In this document: positions 10,482 to 21,081 of the stretch, in pieces
Layout: every line of letters starts with the position of its first letter
Position numbering within the stretch: position 1 is the stretch's first letter
Assembly: GCA_045117135.1 (NCBI GenBank)
Contig: JBGUNA010000086.1
Span: 2,638 to 66,637, forward strand
Reading direction: 5' to 3'
DNA length: 64,000 nt
DNA from: Candidatus Limivicinus sp.
GTDB taxonomy: Bacteria > Bacillota > Clostridia > Oscillospirales > Oscillospiraceae
Made by a program: the position numbers and the translations under genes
The notes under the pieces: model-generated
Databases searched by the model: none
Seen by the model: the letters and a program-made list of their open reading frames with translations, nothing else
Told to the model about the DNA's origin: nothing

Positions 10482-13400
10482 CTTTATACCGACCCCATCT
10501 CAAAAAGAGGCCATCGAAGAGCGCAACGGTGCTGTGCTTGTCTCGGCAGGAGCAGGCAGCGGAAAGACAAAAGTTCTTACGGAACGACTGATGCGATATA
10601 TTCTCGATCGGCAGAATCCATTAAGCATTACGAAATTCGTCGTGATCACTTTTACAAATGCAGCTGCTGCCGAACTGATGAGCAGAATTACCGAAGAACT
10701 CTCCCTGGCGGAAGCGAAACTTGCGGAGGACGAAACCGTGTCACAAGAATTTCTTGAACACGTGCGCCGCCAGCAGGCTCTTTGTCCGAAAGCGCAGATC
10801 GGTACCATACACCATTTCTGCACATCCATCCTCAGAGAATTCGGACAGCTGATCGGGCTCGATCCCGGCTTTAACGTGGTCAGTGACGAAATTGCCCAGG
10901 CCATGAAGGAGGAAGCACTGAACAGGGTGCTTGATGCAAGATACCGGAATATTCAGGAGTATCCTGGCTTTGAAAGCCTCGTGAATTCGGTCGGAACAGG
11001 CAGAAATGATGACCGCCTCTTTACCCTTGCACTTTCCCTGTATGAAAAAATGCAGTGCCATCCGCGGCCGGATCGTTGGGCAGAAAAGTGTGTCGCTGAT
11101 CTGACAAAACACTATCCGGACATAGGGAGTTCTCCATGGGGCAGTGAGATCCTGTCATATGCCTGTTCTGAAGCAGACTATTGGATTTGCGAACTTGATC
11201 GTTTGATGGCTGCCATTGCTGCAGATGAGGTTGTTTCCTCCGCTTATATGAGCGGTATCGCACAGGGAGCAGATGGCGTCAGAGAACTGGCGCGATCTCT
11301 CCGCAAAGGATGGGACGAAGCAAGGAAGTGCCCACCGGTTGCTTTCGGCAGGCTTTCTGCAGTCAGAAAAGACCATGCTCCCGAGCTCACGGAACTGGTA
11401 AAAAAGCGCAGGGATGCCTGCAAAAGAGCTATGGGAAAGATCGCCAGCATGTTCTATGCCGACTCAGATACGATTTCTGAGGAGCTGCAGAAGACAGCCC
11501 CTTCGATGAAGGCACTTTTACAGCTTACACTTGATTTCGAAAAGCAGTACGCGTCCGACAAACGACGCGACGGGTTGGTTGATTATGCTGATCTGGAACA
11601 CTTTGCCGCTGAACTTCTCACGGAAGATGACAGCTCTCCAACGGATCTCGCCTCTGCAATCGGTTTGCGCTACACTGAAATAATGATCGATGAATATCAG
11701 GATGTCAGCCGTGTGCAGGAAGCTGTCTTCAATGCAGTTTCCGGTTGCGGGAGCAGACTTTTTATGGTTGGGGATGTTAAGCAGGCTATTTATCGGTTCC
11801 GGCTTGCAGATCCTGAAATCTTTAATGAGAAATATCGCTCTTACCCTCTGAAATCCGCTGCGCGTCCTCATCAGCCCGGAAAGATCCTTTTGCGCGAGAA
11901 TTTCCGCTCCAGAAAAGAAATACTTTCTGCGGCGAACAGTGTTTTTTCCTGCTGTATGACAGAGCAACTCGGCGATGTGGCCTATGATGATGAGAGTGCG
12001 CTTATTTTCGGAGCGAAAGGATATACAGGGGAGGTTCCCGTTCCCGAGGTACATCTTCTGCAGCTTCCGGAAGCAGACGAAAACGGTTTTGTTCCGGATA
12101 AATCGGCTTACGAGGCGGAATGTGCAGCAGAGATGATCCTCTCCCTTATGCGGGATAATACATGTGTTACCACGCCGGACGGTGAGCGGAAGCTGCAGTT
12201 CGGAGATATTGCTGTTCTCCTGCGCAATGCAAACTCAGTCGGTGGTGTATACACCAGAATCTTCTCAGAGAAGGGGATCCCTGTCGCGGGCGGTCAAAAC
12301 GGAGGCCTCTTTGAAACAAAAGAAGGTTCCTTCGTCCTATCCATGCTTCAGATTATGGATAATCCGCTAAATGAGGTTGCACTGCTCTCTGTGCTTTCTT
12401 CTCCTGCAGTCGGCTTTTCCGGGGATGAGCTTGCCGCAATACGGGCTACAGACAAAGATGCCGGATTTTATGACGCCCTGAAAGTTTATTCCGGCGAAAA
12501 TAACAAAGCCGGGCAGTTTCTTGCAATGCTGGATGCTTTCCGGGATGCTGCACCGGATCTGACTGCCGAGAAAATCATTCGGATGATCCTGTACCGCACG
12601 GATATCCTTGCTGTATGCAGTGCCATGCCTGATGCTGAGAGAAGACTTGCCAATCTGATGCAGATGCTCAGTTTTGCTTCCCGTTTTGAAAAGGACGGTT
12701 ATCACGGCCTTCATCGTTTTGTCTGTTATCTGGAAAAGCTGAAAAATAAGGATTCCATTCCCCCTGCACGTATGGGTGAAGATTCTGCTGTGCACATAAT
12801 GAGTATCCACCGCTCCAAAGGGTTGGAATTTCCCGTGGTTTTTCTCTGCGATACGGCAAGAAGGTTCAATCTGCAGGATACGTTTGAACCGGTTCTCGTC
12901 CATCCGGAGCTTGGGCTTGGCCCCAAAATAGTGGATAACGATCTGCTGGTGCAGTACCCGACACTGGCGAGGAAAGCAATCGCGCTTCGCCTCAAGCGCG
13001 AAACGCTGTCTGAGGAATTGCGGCTTCTGTATGTAGCCTTCACAAGAGCAAGAGAACGGTTGTTCGTTACCGCGGCAATGGATGATGTCGCTGCCTTTCT
13101 GGAAAAACAGAGTTACCTTGTTCCGCTGCCCGGAGAGCAGGCTGAACCGGAGGCACTTGCCAGTGCCCAAACACCGATTGAATGGATTACCATCGCTGCC
13201 CTTGCAGATCAGAACAGGAATCTTTCCCTGCATTGCGGCGATTATCAACCGGGTCATGAAGAAGAAACACCGGCAGAGCAACAGATTACTGCGGACGAAA
13301 ATGAAGTGCTTGAGCTGCGTCAGAATCTTTCCTGGTCGTATCCGTTTTCTCTTTCCCAGGAACTGCCTTCAAAGGTAACGGCAACAGAGCTGAAAAACCT

Positions 13401-14007
13401 GAAAATATCTGAAGATTCCGAAGCTCTTTCACTCATAACTCCTGCTGCCAATCGATCTTTCCGTATGCCAAGCTTTGCCACGGCTGAGAAACGCATCACT
13501 GCTGCAGAAAGGGGTATTGCCACTCATCTTGCCCTGCAGTATATGAATCTCTCCAAAGCTGATTCGCCTGAAAATATCCATCGGGAGATTGAGCGCCTCA
13601 AAGCAAAAAAATATCTCTCTCCCAGAGAAGCATCTGCTGTTAATCAGTCGTCAATCGTCAGGCTCTTCCATTCTAACCTGGGGCTCAGAATCCTAGGGGC
13701 GGATAAACTTCACCGGGAATTCCGCTTTTCGCTTCTCTGTACCGGCAAAGACCTTTTCGGAACTGACTCAGAGGAGAAAATCCTTTTGCAGGGGGTGGTC
13801 GATTGCTGTCTGGAGGAAGCCGGAGAACTCGTCATTATTGATTACAAGACCGATGTAGTCCGTACCGACGAGGACCTTTCCCGGAAATGTGACCTTTACC
13901 GCAGCCAGATTCGTGCCTATTCTCTTGCACTCGGACGTATCTTCGACAAACCGGTAAAAGAAACCATTCTGTACTTCCTCTCCTGTGATCGCGCTGTCTC
14001 TGTCTAA
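10471..14007 (+). CDS. addA: ATP-dependent helicase/nuclease AddAB, subunit A (UvrD/Rep-type helicase + RecB nuclease)
   Basis: 1178 aa. UvrD motifs: AGAGSGKT, TIHHFC, IDEYQDVS, FMVGDVKQAIYRFR, ENFRS, MSIHRSKGLEFPVVF, LLYVAFTRARERL. C-terminal nuclease motif: GVVDCCLEE..IIDYKTD. Confidence 0.92.
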   Translation: MMPDFIPTPSQKEAIEERNGAVLVSAGAGSGKTKVLTERLMRYILDRQNPLSITKFVVITFTNAAAAELMSRITEELSLAEAKLAEDETVSQEFLEHVRRQQALCPKAQIGTIHHFCTSILREFGQLIGLDPGFNVVSDEIAQAMKEEALNRVLDARYRNIQEYPGFESLVNSVGTGRNDDRLFTLALSLYEKMQCHPRPDRWAEKCVADLTKHYPDIGSSPWGSEILSYACSEADYWICELDRLMAAIAADEVVSSAYMSGIAQGADGVRELARSLRKGWDEARKCPPVAFGRLSAVRKDHAPELTELVKKRRDACKRAMGKIASMFYADSDTISEELQKTAPSMKALLQLTLDFEKQYASDKRRDGLVDYADLEHFAAELLTEDDSSPTDLASAIGLRYTEIMIDEYQDVSRVQEAVFNAVSGCGSRLFMVGDVKQAIYRFRLADPEIFNEKYRSYPLKSAARPHQPGKILLRENFRSRKEILSAANSVFSCCMTEQLGDVAYDDESALIFGAKGYTGEVPVPEVHLLQLPEADENGFVPDKSAYEAECAAEMILSLMRDNTCVTTPDGERKLQFGDIAVLLRNANSVGGVYTRIFSEKGIPVAGGQNGGLFETKEGSFVLSMLQIMDNPLNEVALLSVLSSPAVGFSGDELAAIRATDKDAGFYDALKVYSGENNKAGQFLAMLDAFRDAAPDLTAEKIIRMILYRTDILAVCSAMPDAERRLANLMQMLSFASRFEKDGYHGLHRFVCYLEKLKNKDSIPPARMGEDSAVHIMSIHRSKGLEFPVVFLCDTARRFNLQDTFEPVLVHPELGLGPKIVDNDLLVQYPTLARKAIALRLKRETLSEELRLLYVAFTRARERLFVTAAMDDVAAFLEKQSYLVPLPGEQAEPEALASAQTPIEWITIAALADQNRNLSLHCGDYQPGHEEETPAEQQITADENEVLELRQNLSWSYPFSLSQELPSKVTATELKNLKISEDSEALSLITPAANRSFRMPSFATAEKRITAAERGIATHLALQYMNLSKADSPENIHREIERLKAKKYLSPREASAVNQSSIVRLFHSNLGLRILGADKLHREFRFSLLCTGKDLFGTDSEEKILLQGVVDCCLEEAGELVIIDYKTDVVRTDEDLSRKCDLYRSQIRAYSLALGRIFDKPVKETILYFLSCDRAVSV

Positions 14008-14077
14008 TAAAGAAAAACATAGATGGAGGAAATCCCAAAGGGACAGGTTGAGCCATCTACCCAACAATTCATGAAAT

Positions 14078-14109
14078 CAAAAAAGAGACGTGTTTTTATA
14101 CACGTCTCT
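14078..14109 (-). terminator. Intrinsic terminator of rpmE
   Basis: Perfect 9-bp stem AGAGACGTG (14084-14092) / CACGTCTCT (14101-14109). On the minus strand it is followed by a T-run (A-run 14079-14083 on plus). It lies 25 nt downstream of the rpmE stop. Confidence 0.7.
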
Positions 14110-14133
14110 AAAAAACTGCAAATCCGAGAGAAA

Positions 14134-14334
14134 TTACTTGATACCGTACTTCTTGTTGAATTTATCAACACGGCCGCTCGTATCGACGAGCTTCTGCTTG
14201 CCTGTGTAGAACGGGTGGCACTTGGAGCAGATTTCAACAGAAATATTCTGCTTCGTGCTGCCGGTCTCGTAAACAGCACCGCATGCGCACTTTATAACAG
14301 TGGGTTTGTAGTTGGGATGAATGCCTTCCTTCAT
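14134..14334 (-). CDS. rpmE: 50S ribosomal protein L31 (Zn-binding type)
   Basis: [65 protein letters not shown] placed the start at 14334 (GGAG RBS) rather than the track's 14343. Confidence 0.9.
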   Translation of the reverse strand: MKEGIHPNYKPTVIKCACGAVYETGSTKQNISVEICSKCHPFYTGKQKLVDTSGRVDKFNKKYGIK

Positions 14335-14474
14335 AATGTTCAACTCCTAATCATGTGCTGCCTTGATTGTGCCTGAAAAGACATAGTTACAAGACGCTCG
14401 CTTATATTAACACAGTAGAAGAATGAATGCAAGAGGGAAAATGTACAGTTGAGAAAACTTTTTTCAGGGGTTTC

Positions 14475-15785
14475 TCAATTGAGAAAATCTTTCAGCTTTT
14501 TGCTTCTGGAAGGATGACGGAGCTTTCGAAGCGCCTTCGCTTCAATCTGACGGATGCGTTCACGCGTGACGTTGAATTCTTTTCCTACTTCTTCCAGTGT
14601 ACGGGTACGCCCATCTACAATGCCAAATCGGAGTTCGAGAACTTTCTTCTCACGGGGTGCGAGCGTGTCAAGAACTTCTTCGAGCTGCTCACGCAGCAGC
14701 GAGAATGAGGCGGCTTCAGCAGGCTCGGAAGCATCTTCGTCCGGAATAAAATCACCCAGATGAGAATCCTCTTCCTCACCGATCGGCGTTTCAAGAGACA
14801 CAGGCTCCTGTGCAATCTTCAGAATATCGCGGACTTTGTCAACCGGCATGTCCATTTCTTCAGCAATTTCTTCAGCTGTCGGATCGTGGCCGAGCTCCTG
14901 CAGAAGCTGACGGGAAACCCGGATGGTCTTGTTGATTGTTTCCACCATATGTACGGGAATGCGGATGGTACGCGCCTGATCGGCAATGGCCCTTGTAATG
15001 GCCTGGCGGATCCACCAGGTGGCGTAGGTTGAGAATTTGTACCCTTTGGTATAATCAAACTTTTCCACCGCTTTGATCAGGCCGAGATTGCCTTCCTGGA
15101 TCAGATCAAGGAAAAGCATCCCGCGTCCGACGTAGCGCTTCGCGATAGAGACAACGAGACGGAGGTTGGCTTCTGTCATGCGCTGCTTGGCAACTTCGTC
15201 TCCGTCTGCCATGCGTGTTGCAAGATCGACTTCCTCCTCAGGAGTGAGAAGAGGGACTTTTCCGATCTCTTTGAGGTACATGCGGACAGGGTCGTCGGTA
15301 GAAAAGGTATCAGCCAGAGAATCCGGATCGGCATTAAGCTCTTCCTCTGTAACCTCCTCAATTTCGGCAATCTCTTCTATTTCAGGGAGAAGGTCGTCAT
15401 CGAGCGGGGGCAGAATGTCCGCATCGGGAATGTCTATGTCGATATTGTTTGTTTCCAGATCTTCATAAAACTTATCGAGGGCTTCTTCGGAAAGACCCAG
15501 TTTATCAAGAACCTTCAGATCATTCTGTGTCAGCTTGCCATTCTTTCTGCCCTTTTTCATCAGAGCTTCAATCTGCTCTTCAGGCGTTTTCGCAGGCTTT
15601 TTCATTTTCGCCGAGCGCGGCACTGCAATTCTGACACCCTCTTCATCAATGACGTCATCCAGATCAGAATGGCCGGCTGCGTCTTCTGCCAGGAGGGCAT
15701 CTGCTGCCGCGGAAAGCTCTTCCGGGGTCATTGTTTCATAGGTTTTGATTTCTTCCGATTCGGTTTTTTCTTTTTTTGTGCTCAT
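14475..15785 (-). CDS. rpoD: Primary RNA polymerase sigma factor (sigma-70 family, SigA/RpoD)
   Basis: 436 aa with an acidic N-terminal region. Region 2: [54 protein letters not shown]. Region 4: [30 protein letters not shown]. Confidence 0.93.
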   Translation of the reverse strand: MSTKKEKTESEEIKTYETMTPEELSAAADALLAEDAAGHSDLDDVIDEEGVRIAVPRSAKMKKPAKTPEEQIEALMKKGRKNGKLTQNDLKVLDKLGLSEEALDKFYEDLETNNIDIDIPDADILPPLDDDLLPEIEEIAEIEEVTEEELNADPDSLADTFSTDDPVRMYLKEIGKVPLLTPEEEVDLATRMADGDEVAKQRMTEANLRLVVSIAKRYVGRGMLFLDLIQEGNLGLIKAVEKFDYTKGYKFSTYATWWIRQAITRAIADQARTIRIPVHMVETINKTIRVSRQLLQELGHDPTAEEIAEEMDMPVDKVRDILKIAQEPVSLETPIGEEEDSHLGDFIPDEDASEPAEAASFSLLREQLEEVLDTLAPREKKVLELRFGIVDGRTRTLEEVGKEFNVTRERIRQIEAKALRKLRHPSRSKKLKDFLN

Positions 15786-17524
15786 GAGCGATATCCTTTC
15801 CCGCTGTTTTTCAGCTGATCTGCAAGAGAGCGAAGGTCAGGAGAATTCTGAGAGAGCTCCTGCTGCTCTTTGATGGTTTTGATATAATCCTGTAAGGTGT
15901 TTTTTGCGTTGGTGAGATTTTCCGGTTTATTCAGGATGCTGACAAGAAGGTTCATTTCAGAGGCTGAAAGAACCTCACTCAGCACGGTAGTATTTACGGC
16001 ACGATTTGTCCGGATACGTTCCAGAAGCAGAGAATAGAGGTGACCGAGAGCATCCGATGTGAAGTCATCTCTGCTGATGGAAGTTTCTGCCGCTCCGGCA
16101 AGGGAAGGTTCCAGATAGAGAAGCCGGATAATTCCTTCTTCGGCTGTAGCGGAAGGCAGATTCTCGTACTTGAGCGCTTTATCCGGCGGTTGGGCGGTGT
16201 TGAGAGGCCTGCTGCTTCGCTCTGCTTCACGCCTTGCCCCGGAAAGAAGACGCCTGCGTTGCTGGGATACCTCCTTGGAAACAGCGTCAGCAGGGATACC
16301 AGCCAATTCTGCAACCCGGACAGCATATACCTGGCGTTCCACACTGCCGGGAAAAGAAGCTATCAGTTTCGTGGCTTCACGGAGAAAATCCACTTTCTGC
16401 TCGGGAACATCAAGATTATACTTCTTCTCGATGTTCATGAGGCGGTAGTCAATCTGGGATTCTGACTTGTCAATCAGGTTCTGAAAAGCATCTCCGCCGC
16501 GCATTTTAATGTATTCATCGGGATCCTTGGCACCCTCCCAGCGGAGAACCTTTACTTTCACATCAAGTTTTTCCAGAATGTCTATTGCTCGCTGAGAGGC
16601 CTTCAGCCCGGCTCCGTCGCTGTCATAGGCGAGGATGACTTCTTTCTTATACCGGGAGAGAAGCTGCGCCTGCTCTTTCGTTAGCGAAGTTCCCAGGGAA
16701 GCGACTGTACTGTCAAAACCTGCCTGATGCAGACTGACAACATCGACATTCCCTTCTACAAGGATGATGTAGTCTCTCTTGCTCTTCCTGGCAAGATTTA
16801 AACCGAAAAGAAGTCTGCCTTTGGTGAAAACCAGAGTATCGCGGGTGTTGAGATACTTCGGTTCTCCGTCTCCGATGATTCTTCCGGAAAACCCGGCTAC
16901 ATTACCGCGAACATCAATCACCGGGAACATCAGGCGGTTGCGGAAAGTGGAATAAGATCCGCCTTTGCTGCCGGGACGAATCAGGTCGGCATCGGAAAGT
17001 TCATGTAAAGAAAAACCCTTGGCAAGCATTGCCTTTTCAAAGACGTCATAGCTGTCGGGAGCATAACCGAGGCCAAAAGAAGTGGCTGTTTTGCGGGAAA
17101 TCTGTCTTTTAACAACATAGTCCCGCGCTGCTGCACCGATCGGAGAATTCAGCTGCTCATGAAAATAGAGAGCAGCGGCTTTGTTTACTTCATAAATACG
17201 AGCCCGTCTGCGGGACTGGACATCGTTTTCCTGTTCGGGAACAGGAATCCCGGCTCGCTTTGCAAGACGCTCAACTGCTTCCGAGAAAGTCAGCTGATCG
17301 ATTTCCATGATGAAATTAATAACGCCTCCGCCTTTGCCGCATCCGAAACAATAATAAATCTGTTTATCGGGAGACACGGAAAAACTCGGCGTTTTTTCAT
17401 TGTGAAAGGGACAGAGACCGAAGTAATTGGCTCCGCTCCGCTTTCCGAGAGAAACATATTCCGAAACGACGTCGACAATATCATTCCGGTCGGCGAGTTC
17501 CGTCAGAAAGGCTTCAGAGAACAT
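15782..17524 (-). CDS. dnaG: DNA primase
   Basis: 580 aa. It has a zinc-binding domain ([29 protein letters not shown]) and a TOPRIM domain ([26 protein letters not shown]). It overlaps the rpoD start by 4 nt. Confidence 0.93.
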   Translation of the reverse strand: MFSEAFLTELADRNDIVDVVSEYVSLGKRSGANYFGLCPFHNEKTPSFSVSPDKQIYYCFGCGKGGGVINFIMEIDQLTFSEAVERLAKRAGIPVPEQENDVQSRRRARIYEVNKAAALYFHEQLNSPIGAAARDYVVKRQISRKTATSFGLGYAPDSYDVFEKAMLAKGFSLHELSDADLIRPGSKGGSYSTFRNRLMFPVIDVRGNVAGFSGRIIGDGEPKYLNTRDTLVFTKGRLLFGLNLARKSKRDYIILVEGNVDVVSLHQAGFDSTVASLGTSLTKEQAQLLSRYKKEVILAYDSDGAGLKASQRAIDILEKLDVKVKVLRWEGAKDPDEYIKMRGGDAFQNLIDKSESQIDYRLMNIEKKYNLDVPEQKVDFLREATKLIASFPGSVERQVYAVRVAELAGIPADAVSKEVSQQRRRLLSGARREAERSSRPLNTAQPPDKALKYENLPSATAEEGIIRLLYLEPSLAGAAETSISRDDFTSDALGHLYSLLLERIRTNRAVNTTVLSEVLSASEMNLLVSILNKPENLTNAKNTLQDYIKTIKEQQELSQNSPDLRSLADQLKNSGKGYRS

Positions 17525-17525
17525 T

Positions 17526-18530
17526 TTACTTCACCGTCCAAGCAAAGGGAATAAACAGCTCGCTGTATTTTTCCATGGCATAGCCATCCGTCATACCGGA
17601 AATATAATCACAGGCTGCACGCTGAGGGCTCTCCAGCAAAGCAATGGCGGCATATTCTTCCGGGAGAGCACCAGGATCAGAAGTATAATAGTGAAAGAGC
17701 TTTTCAATAATACCGTCGACTTTGCTTTCTTCACTCTTCGCAACAGGATTCACATAAATGTCCGAGTACATATAAGAATGGAAAAACTCAAAAGTGTCCT
17801 GCATAGAAGGGGAAAATGAAATCTTTCCGTTTTTGCTGTTTTCAACCAGATCTTTCACAAAAGTGTTGATCCGCTCACTATTCCGGGAACCGCATTCTTC
17901 CCGGATCCGCTCCGGAACATCATATTCAGTGATAATTCCTGCACGGATAGAATCATCCAGATCATGATTGATATAAGCAATCCTGTCGCTCAAACGGACA
18001 ACAGTAGCCTCACAGGTATCATCCGGGGAACCATGCGTATGATTGAGGATACCCATTCGTGTTTCATAGCAAAGGTTTAAGCCGCGCCCGTCTCTTTCAA
18101 GGTAATCAACGACGCGCAGGCTCTGTTCATAATGTTTGAAGCCATCGGCAAAAATACGGTTCAGGGCTCGTTCGCCTGCATGGCCAAACGGTGTATGACC
18201 AAGGTCATGGCCGAGCGCTATTGCTTCGACAAGGTCTTCATTCAGACGGAGCGCTCTCGCGACAGTTCTTGCAAGACGGCTTACCTCCAGCGTATGCGTG
18301 AGGCGTGTACGGTAATGGTCACCTTCAGGCCGGAGGAAGACCTGCGTTTTATGTTTGAGGCGTCGAAAAGACTTGGAATGGGTAATACGGTCGATATCCC
18401 TCTGGAAACAGGTTCGGATGGTGCATTCCTCTTCTTCAATACGGCGGCCGTTGGATGCATCTGCGAGAACACCATAGGGGCCAATCAGAACATGTTCCAG
18501 TTTTTCCCGTTCTTCTCTGGGACAGGACAT
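17526..18530 (-). CDS. dgt: dGTP triphosphohydrolase-like HD-domain protein
   Basis: 334 aa. Motifs: FQRDIDRITHSKSFRRLKHKTQVF, RTRLTHTLEVSRLARTVA, LGHDLGHTPFGHAGE. It sits directly upstream of dnaG-rpoD. Confidence 0.85.
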   Translation of the reverse strand: MSCPREEREKLEHVLIGPYGVLADASNGRRIEEEECTIRTCFQRDIDRITHSKSFRRLKHKTQVFLRPEGDHYRTRLTHTLEVSRLARTVARALRLNEDLVEAIALGHDLGHTPFGHAGERALNRIFADGFKHYEQSLRVVDYLERDGRGLNLCYETRMGILNHTHGSPDDTCEATVVRLSDRIAYINHDLDDSIRAGIITEYDVPERIREECGSRNSERINTFVKDLVENSKNGKISFSPSMQDTFEFFHSYMYSDIYVNPVAKSEESKVDGIIEKLFHYYTSDPGALPEEYAAIALLESPQRAACDYISGMTDGYAMEKYSELFIPFAWTVK

Positions 18531-18723
18531 TGTATACCCTCCTTCCGTTACCAGTCAGTTGAACCATGCTTTCTTAATATCTTATACGGGACAAAAAATA
18601 AAATTACTTTATTTTATTTGAAAATATTTTTAACATTTACATCATACCGTTGCCAGTGTGACAGAAGTGTGATACTTTATTTGATAGAATATGCTCACAA
18701 ATAATAAAAAGGAGGCAAAACAA

Positions 18724-19017
18724 ATGGCTGACATGAATACTATGAATGATCAGGAGCTTGAAAACGTTGCGGGAGGTTTCGGAAATCAGAACGGCAGCTG
18801 GAGAGTTGTTGCAGGACTGCAGAGTGGATGGCTTGCAATGCGGACTACCCCGACATATGATTACAGCAACGAGATGAGGGGAAATGAGCTGTATAACGGA
18901 GACCAGGTTCAGATTCTCAGTGCTCCTGTTGTCGGCAGCGATAACCGCACTTATATTATGGTGTATTCACCGAAAACAGGAGCCAGAGGATATGTTAATG
19001 CAAGCTTTCTGAGGTGA
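18724..19017 (+). CDS. Small secreted protein: double-glycine (bacteriocin/ComC-type) leader fused to an SH3b-like domain
   Basis: AAGGAGG lies 10 nt upstream of the ATG at 18724. The leader MADMNTMNDQELENVAGG (18724-18777) fits the LSxxELxxIxGG consensus. The 79-aa mature part (GWLAMRTTPTYDYS..GDQVQIL..TYIMVYSPKTGARGYVNASFL) looks like a bacterial SH3 fold and has no Cys. Confidence 0.6.
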   Translation: MADMNTMNDQELENVAGGFGNQNGSWRVVAGLQSGWLAMRTTPTYDYSNEMRGNELYNGDQVQILSAPVVGSDNRTYIMVYSPKTGARGYVNASFLR

Positions 19018-19030
19018 TTTCCTAAAAATC

Positions 19031-19594
19031 CTATTCCTGAAGCCGCTTTCGGACATAGTCGAAAGCGGCTTTTTCTCCGTTTTCTTTCAGAACCGTCAGC
19101 ATCTTTTCAATTTCTTCAGCTGTCTTCGGATGAATGAGGAGATTCATTTCGTGAGAAGTATAGTATTGAAGAGGCGCCCCATCATAGTATTCTTCGCCTA
19201 GATAGATTTTGCTTGCCGCAATACGGTCACAAAACATTTCGGCAATAAAACGAATCGGCATCGGATTTCCACCGTAGACCCAGGTTCCATCCGGCTCCTG
19301 CCGGTAGTCAACCCAGTATTCCAGATGATGGCGGTTTCGACCTTTGTGGTGAAGCCAGGCCAGAGAGATACCGGTTTCATTTCGCTCCGCATCATTCGGA
19401 CTCCTGTGCCCCTGATAATACTTTGCCCCGGGCAAAAACTCGACCGGTGAATATTTACTGAGATCATGCGTCAGCCCCTGCCATATCAACCCCAGCTGAC
19501 AGCAGTAACGGCAGACAAGATGACGATGCCGTGTGATGGTAATAAAGTGTTTCAGCGGATGCGGTTTATGCGCATCTATTTTTACAGAATGCAT
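19031..19594 (-). CDS. Conserved hypothetical protein (DUF5662-like; assignment by recollection)
   Basis: The ORF track gives 19031-19687; I trimmed it to the ATG at 19594 (MHSVKIDAHKPHPLKHFITITRHRH...). Conserved-looking boxes: THDLSKYSP, GHRSPN, WLHHKGRNRHHLEYW. Confidence 0.5.
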   Translation of the reverse strand: MHSVKIDAHKPHPLKHFITITRHRHLVCRYCCQLGLIWQGLTHDLSKYSPVEFLPGAKYYQGHRSPNDAERNETGISLAWLHHKGRNRHHLEYWVDYRQEPDGTWVYGGNPMPIRFIAEMFCDRIAASKIYLGEEYYDGAPLQYYTSHEMNLLIHPKTAEEIEKMLTVLKENGEKAAFDYVRKRLQE

Positions 19595-19786
19595 GATGAC
19601 TCGATCCCTGCCTTCCGGATTAGTTTGGGGTTGACGGTTTGGGAAAACGGCGGATGAAAGCTTATCATAAAACTTAGAGCAGCGCAAGCAAAATTGAACG
19701 CCTGGTGCATCAAAAAGGATTGAAGAAGACGGGAATTTCTGTTATATTTCTGTCTGCAAAAGAGACAGAGAGGGGATGGGATATCG

Positions 19787-21079
19787 GTGAGTTTAAACTG
19801 GTTTGGTTATCCAATGCCGGGCTTTCGAATCGCGAACCTGATCATACAGTCGACTTATCTTGTTTTCCATTTCTTGTTTATCCTCTCCCTGTATCGAAGA
19901 CGACAGCCTACCCCGGTGTGGAACTGGTTTTTCTATCTATCTGTTTCTTTGTGGATCTGGGTGTCCGGCCGGTTCATGGAAACGATTGTTTATCTTTTCT
20001 TTCCAGATAACAATGATGCTTATGTGTTTGCAGCAAATTATCAGTACATAGGAAATACGATTGCAGCAGTGGAATATGTGATCTGGGTGCTCTACCTATC
20101 GGGACATGATCGGGTCGCTTCAAACGGATGGTTTCGCATCTTCCTGTTTTCGTGCCCCGTTATAACCTGTACACTTGTTTTTACCAATGATCTGCACCAT
20201 CTGTTTTATACAAAGCTGGTTATGGGAGAACGGGTCGGACATGGGATCCTGTTCGCCCCCTGTCTCATCTGGATGTATCTGATTCTGCTTTCTGGATATG
20301 CCGTATCTGTGAAATATGTTTTAAGATCCGGGAAGGATTGTGGCAAGCAGATTTTTATGTTTTCGCTGTTTCCCATGCTTCCCGCTGTCGGAGTCCTTAT
20401 CCGCTCCATCAGTGGTATTGACAGACTTGACTATACACCAATGTATATGGCGGTTGCCATTATTTGCCTTTATCAGATAATTTTTCGCTATCACTATGTG
20501 AATATTGTCCCGGCATCCATTCTGGAAGCTTTGGAACAGACTGCTCATCCCATTGGTATTTATAACCCTCGGAAAAATGAGCTGTTATACAGCAATCAAG
20601 CTGCTAAGGGCTATTCTGATGCAGCAGAGGGTTTCCTTCCCCTCTTGTCAGATTCGAGAACACGCCTGGAAGGCGATTTTGACGAGAAACATCTGCTGAT
20701 TGATATTACACCTCTTCCAAATGAGGAGCCGATTCTCGTGACAGTCACGGATGTCAGCGATGTTATGCGGCAACAGGCAGATCTTAATGCAAAGATTAAG
20801 AATCTGGAAGAACTTCAGCTGGAACTTGAGGAGGCGAACCAGAATATCGATGCATATCTCTGTTCCCTGCAAAGTATGAGAGGAATCGGGAAAAAACAGG
20901 ATCTGATTCGTGACACCTATGCAATGATCACACAGACTTTTAAAATGGTGAGGAAAAATCTTGTTGAGGCAGGTCAGAGACCTGAAGTGGGAGAAACGGT
21001 ACTTCAGGAAAATCTCCGGCTGACCAGGGAGTGTATTACAGCTATTCGAAAAGCGGTGGCCGAGCTGAAGGTGGATTGA
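19787..21079 (+). CDS. 7TM sensor module (HisKA_7TM-type N-terminal domain + small PAS-like region + coiled coil), lacking an ATPase domain
   Basis: 430 aa with a GTG start after AGAGAGGGGA. It has about 7 hydrophobic helices in the first ~240 aa, then ..LLIDITPLPNEEPILVTVTDVSDVMRQQADLNAKIKNLEELQLELEEANQNI.. I recognise no H-box and no N/G1/G2 boxes. Confidence 0.7.
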   Translation: MSLNWFGYPMPGFRIANLIIQSTYLVFHFLFILSLYRRRQPTPVWNWFFYLSVSLWIWVSGRFMETIVYLFFPDNNDAYVFAANYQYIGNTIAAVEYVIWVLYLSGHDRVASNGWFRIFLFSCPVITCTLVFTNDLHHLFYTKLVMGERVGHGILFAPCLIWMYLILLSGYAVSVKYVLRSGKDCGKQIFMFSLFPMLPAVGVLIRSISGIDRLDYTPMYMAVAIICLYQIIFRYHYVNIVPASILEALEQTAHPIGIYNPRKNELLYSNQAAKGYSDAAEGFLPLLSDSRTRLEGDFDEKHLLIDITPLPNEEPILVTVTDVSDVMRQQADLNAKIKNLEELQLELEEANQNIDAYLCSLQSMRGIGKKQDLIRDTYAMITQTFKMVRKNLVEAGQRPEVGETVLQENLRLTRECITAIRKAVAELKVD

Positions 21080-21081
21080 AT

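Noticed and set aside
12367-13281. 304-aa minus-strand ORF inside addA. The same applies to 7848-8597 and 8420-9007 inside addB, and to 35985-36743 and 37593-38315 inside lacZ.
   Set aside because: They are antisense to well-supported conserved genes and have no RBS, motif or plausible context.
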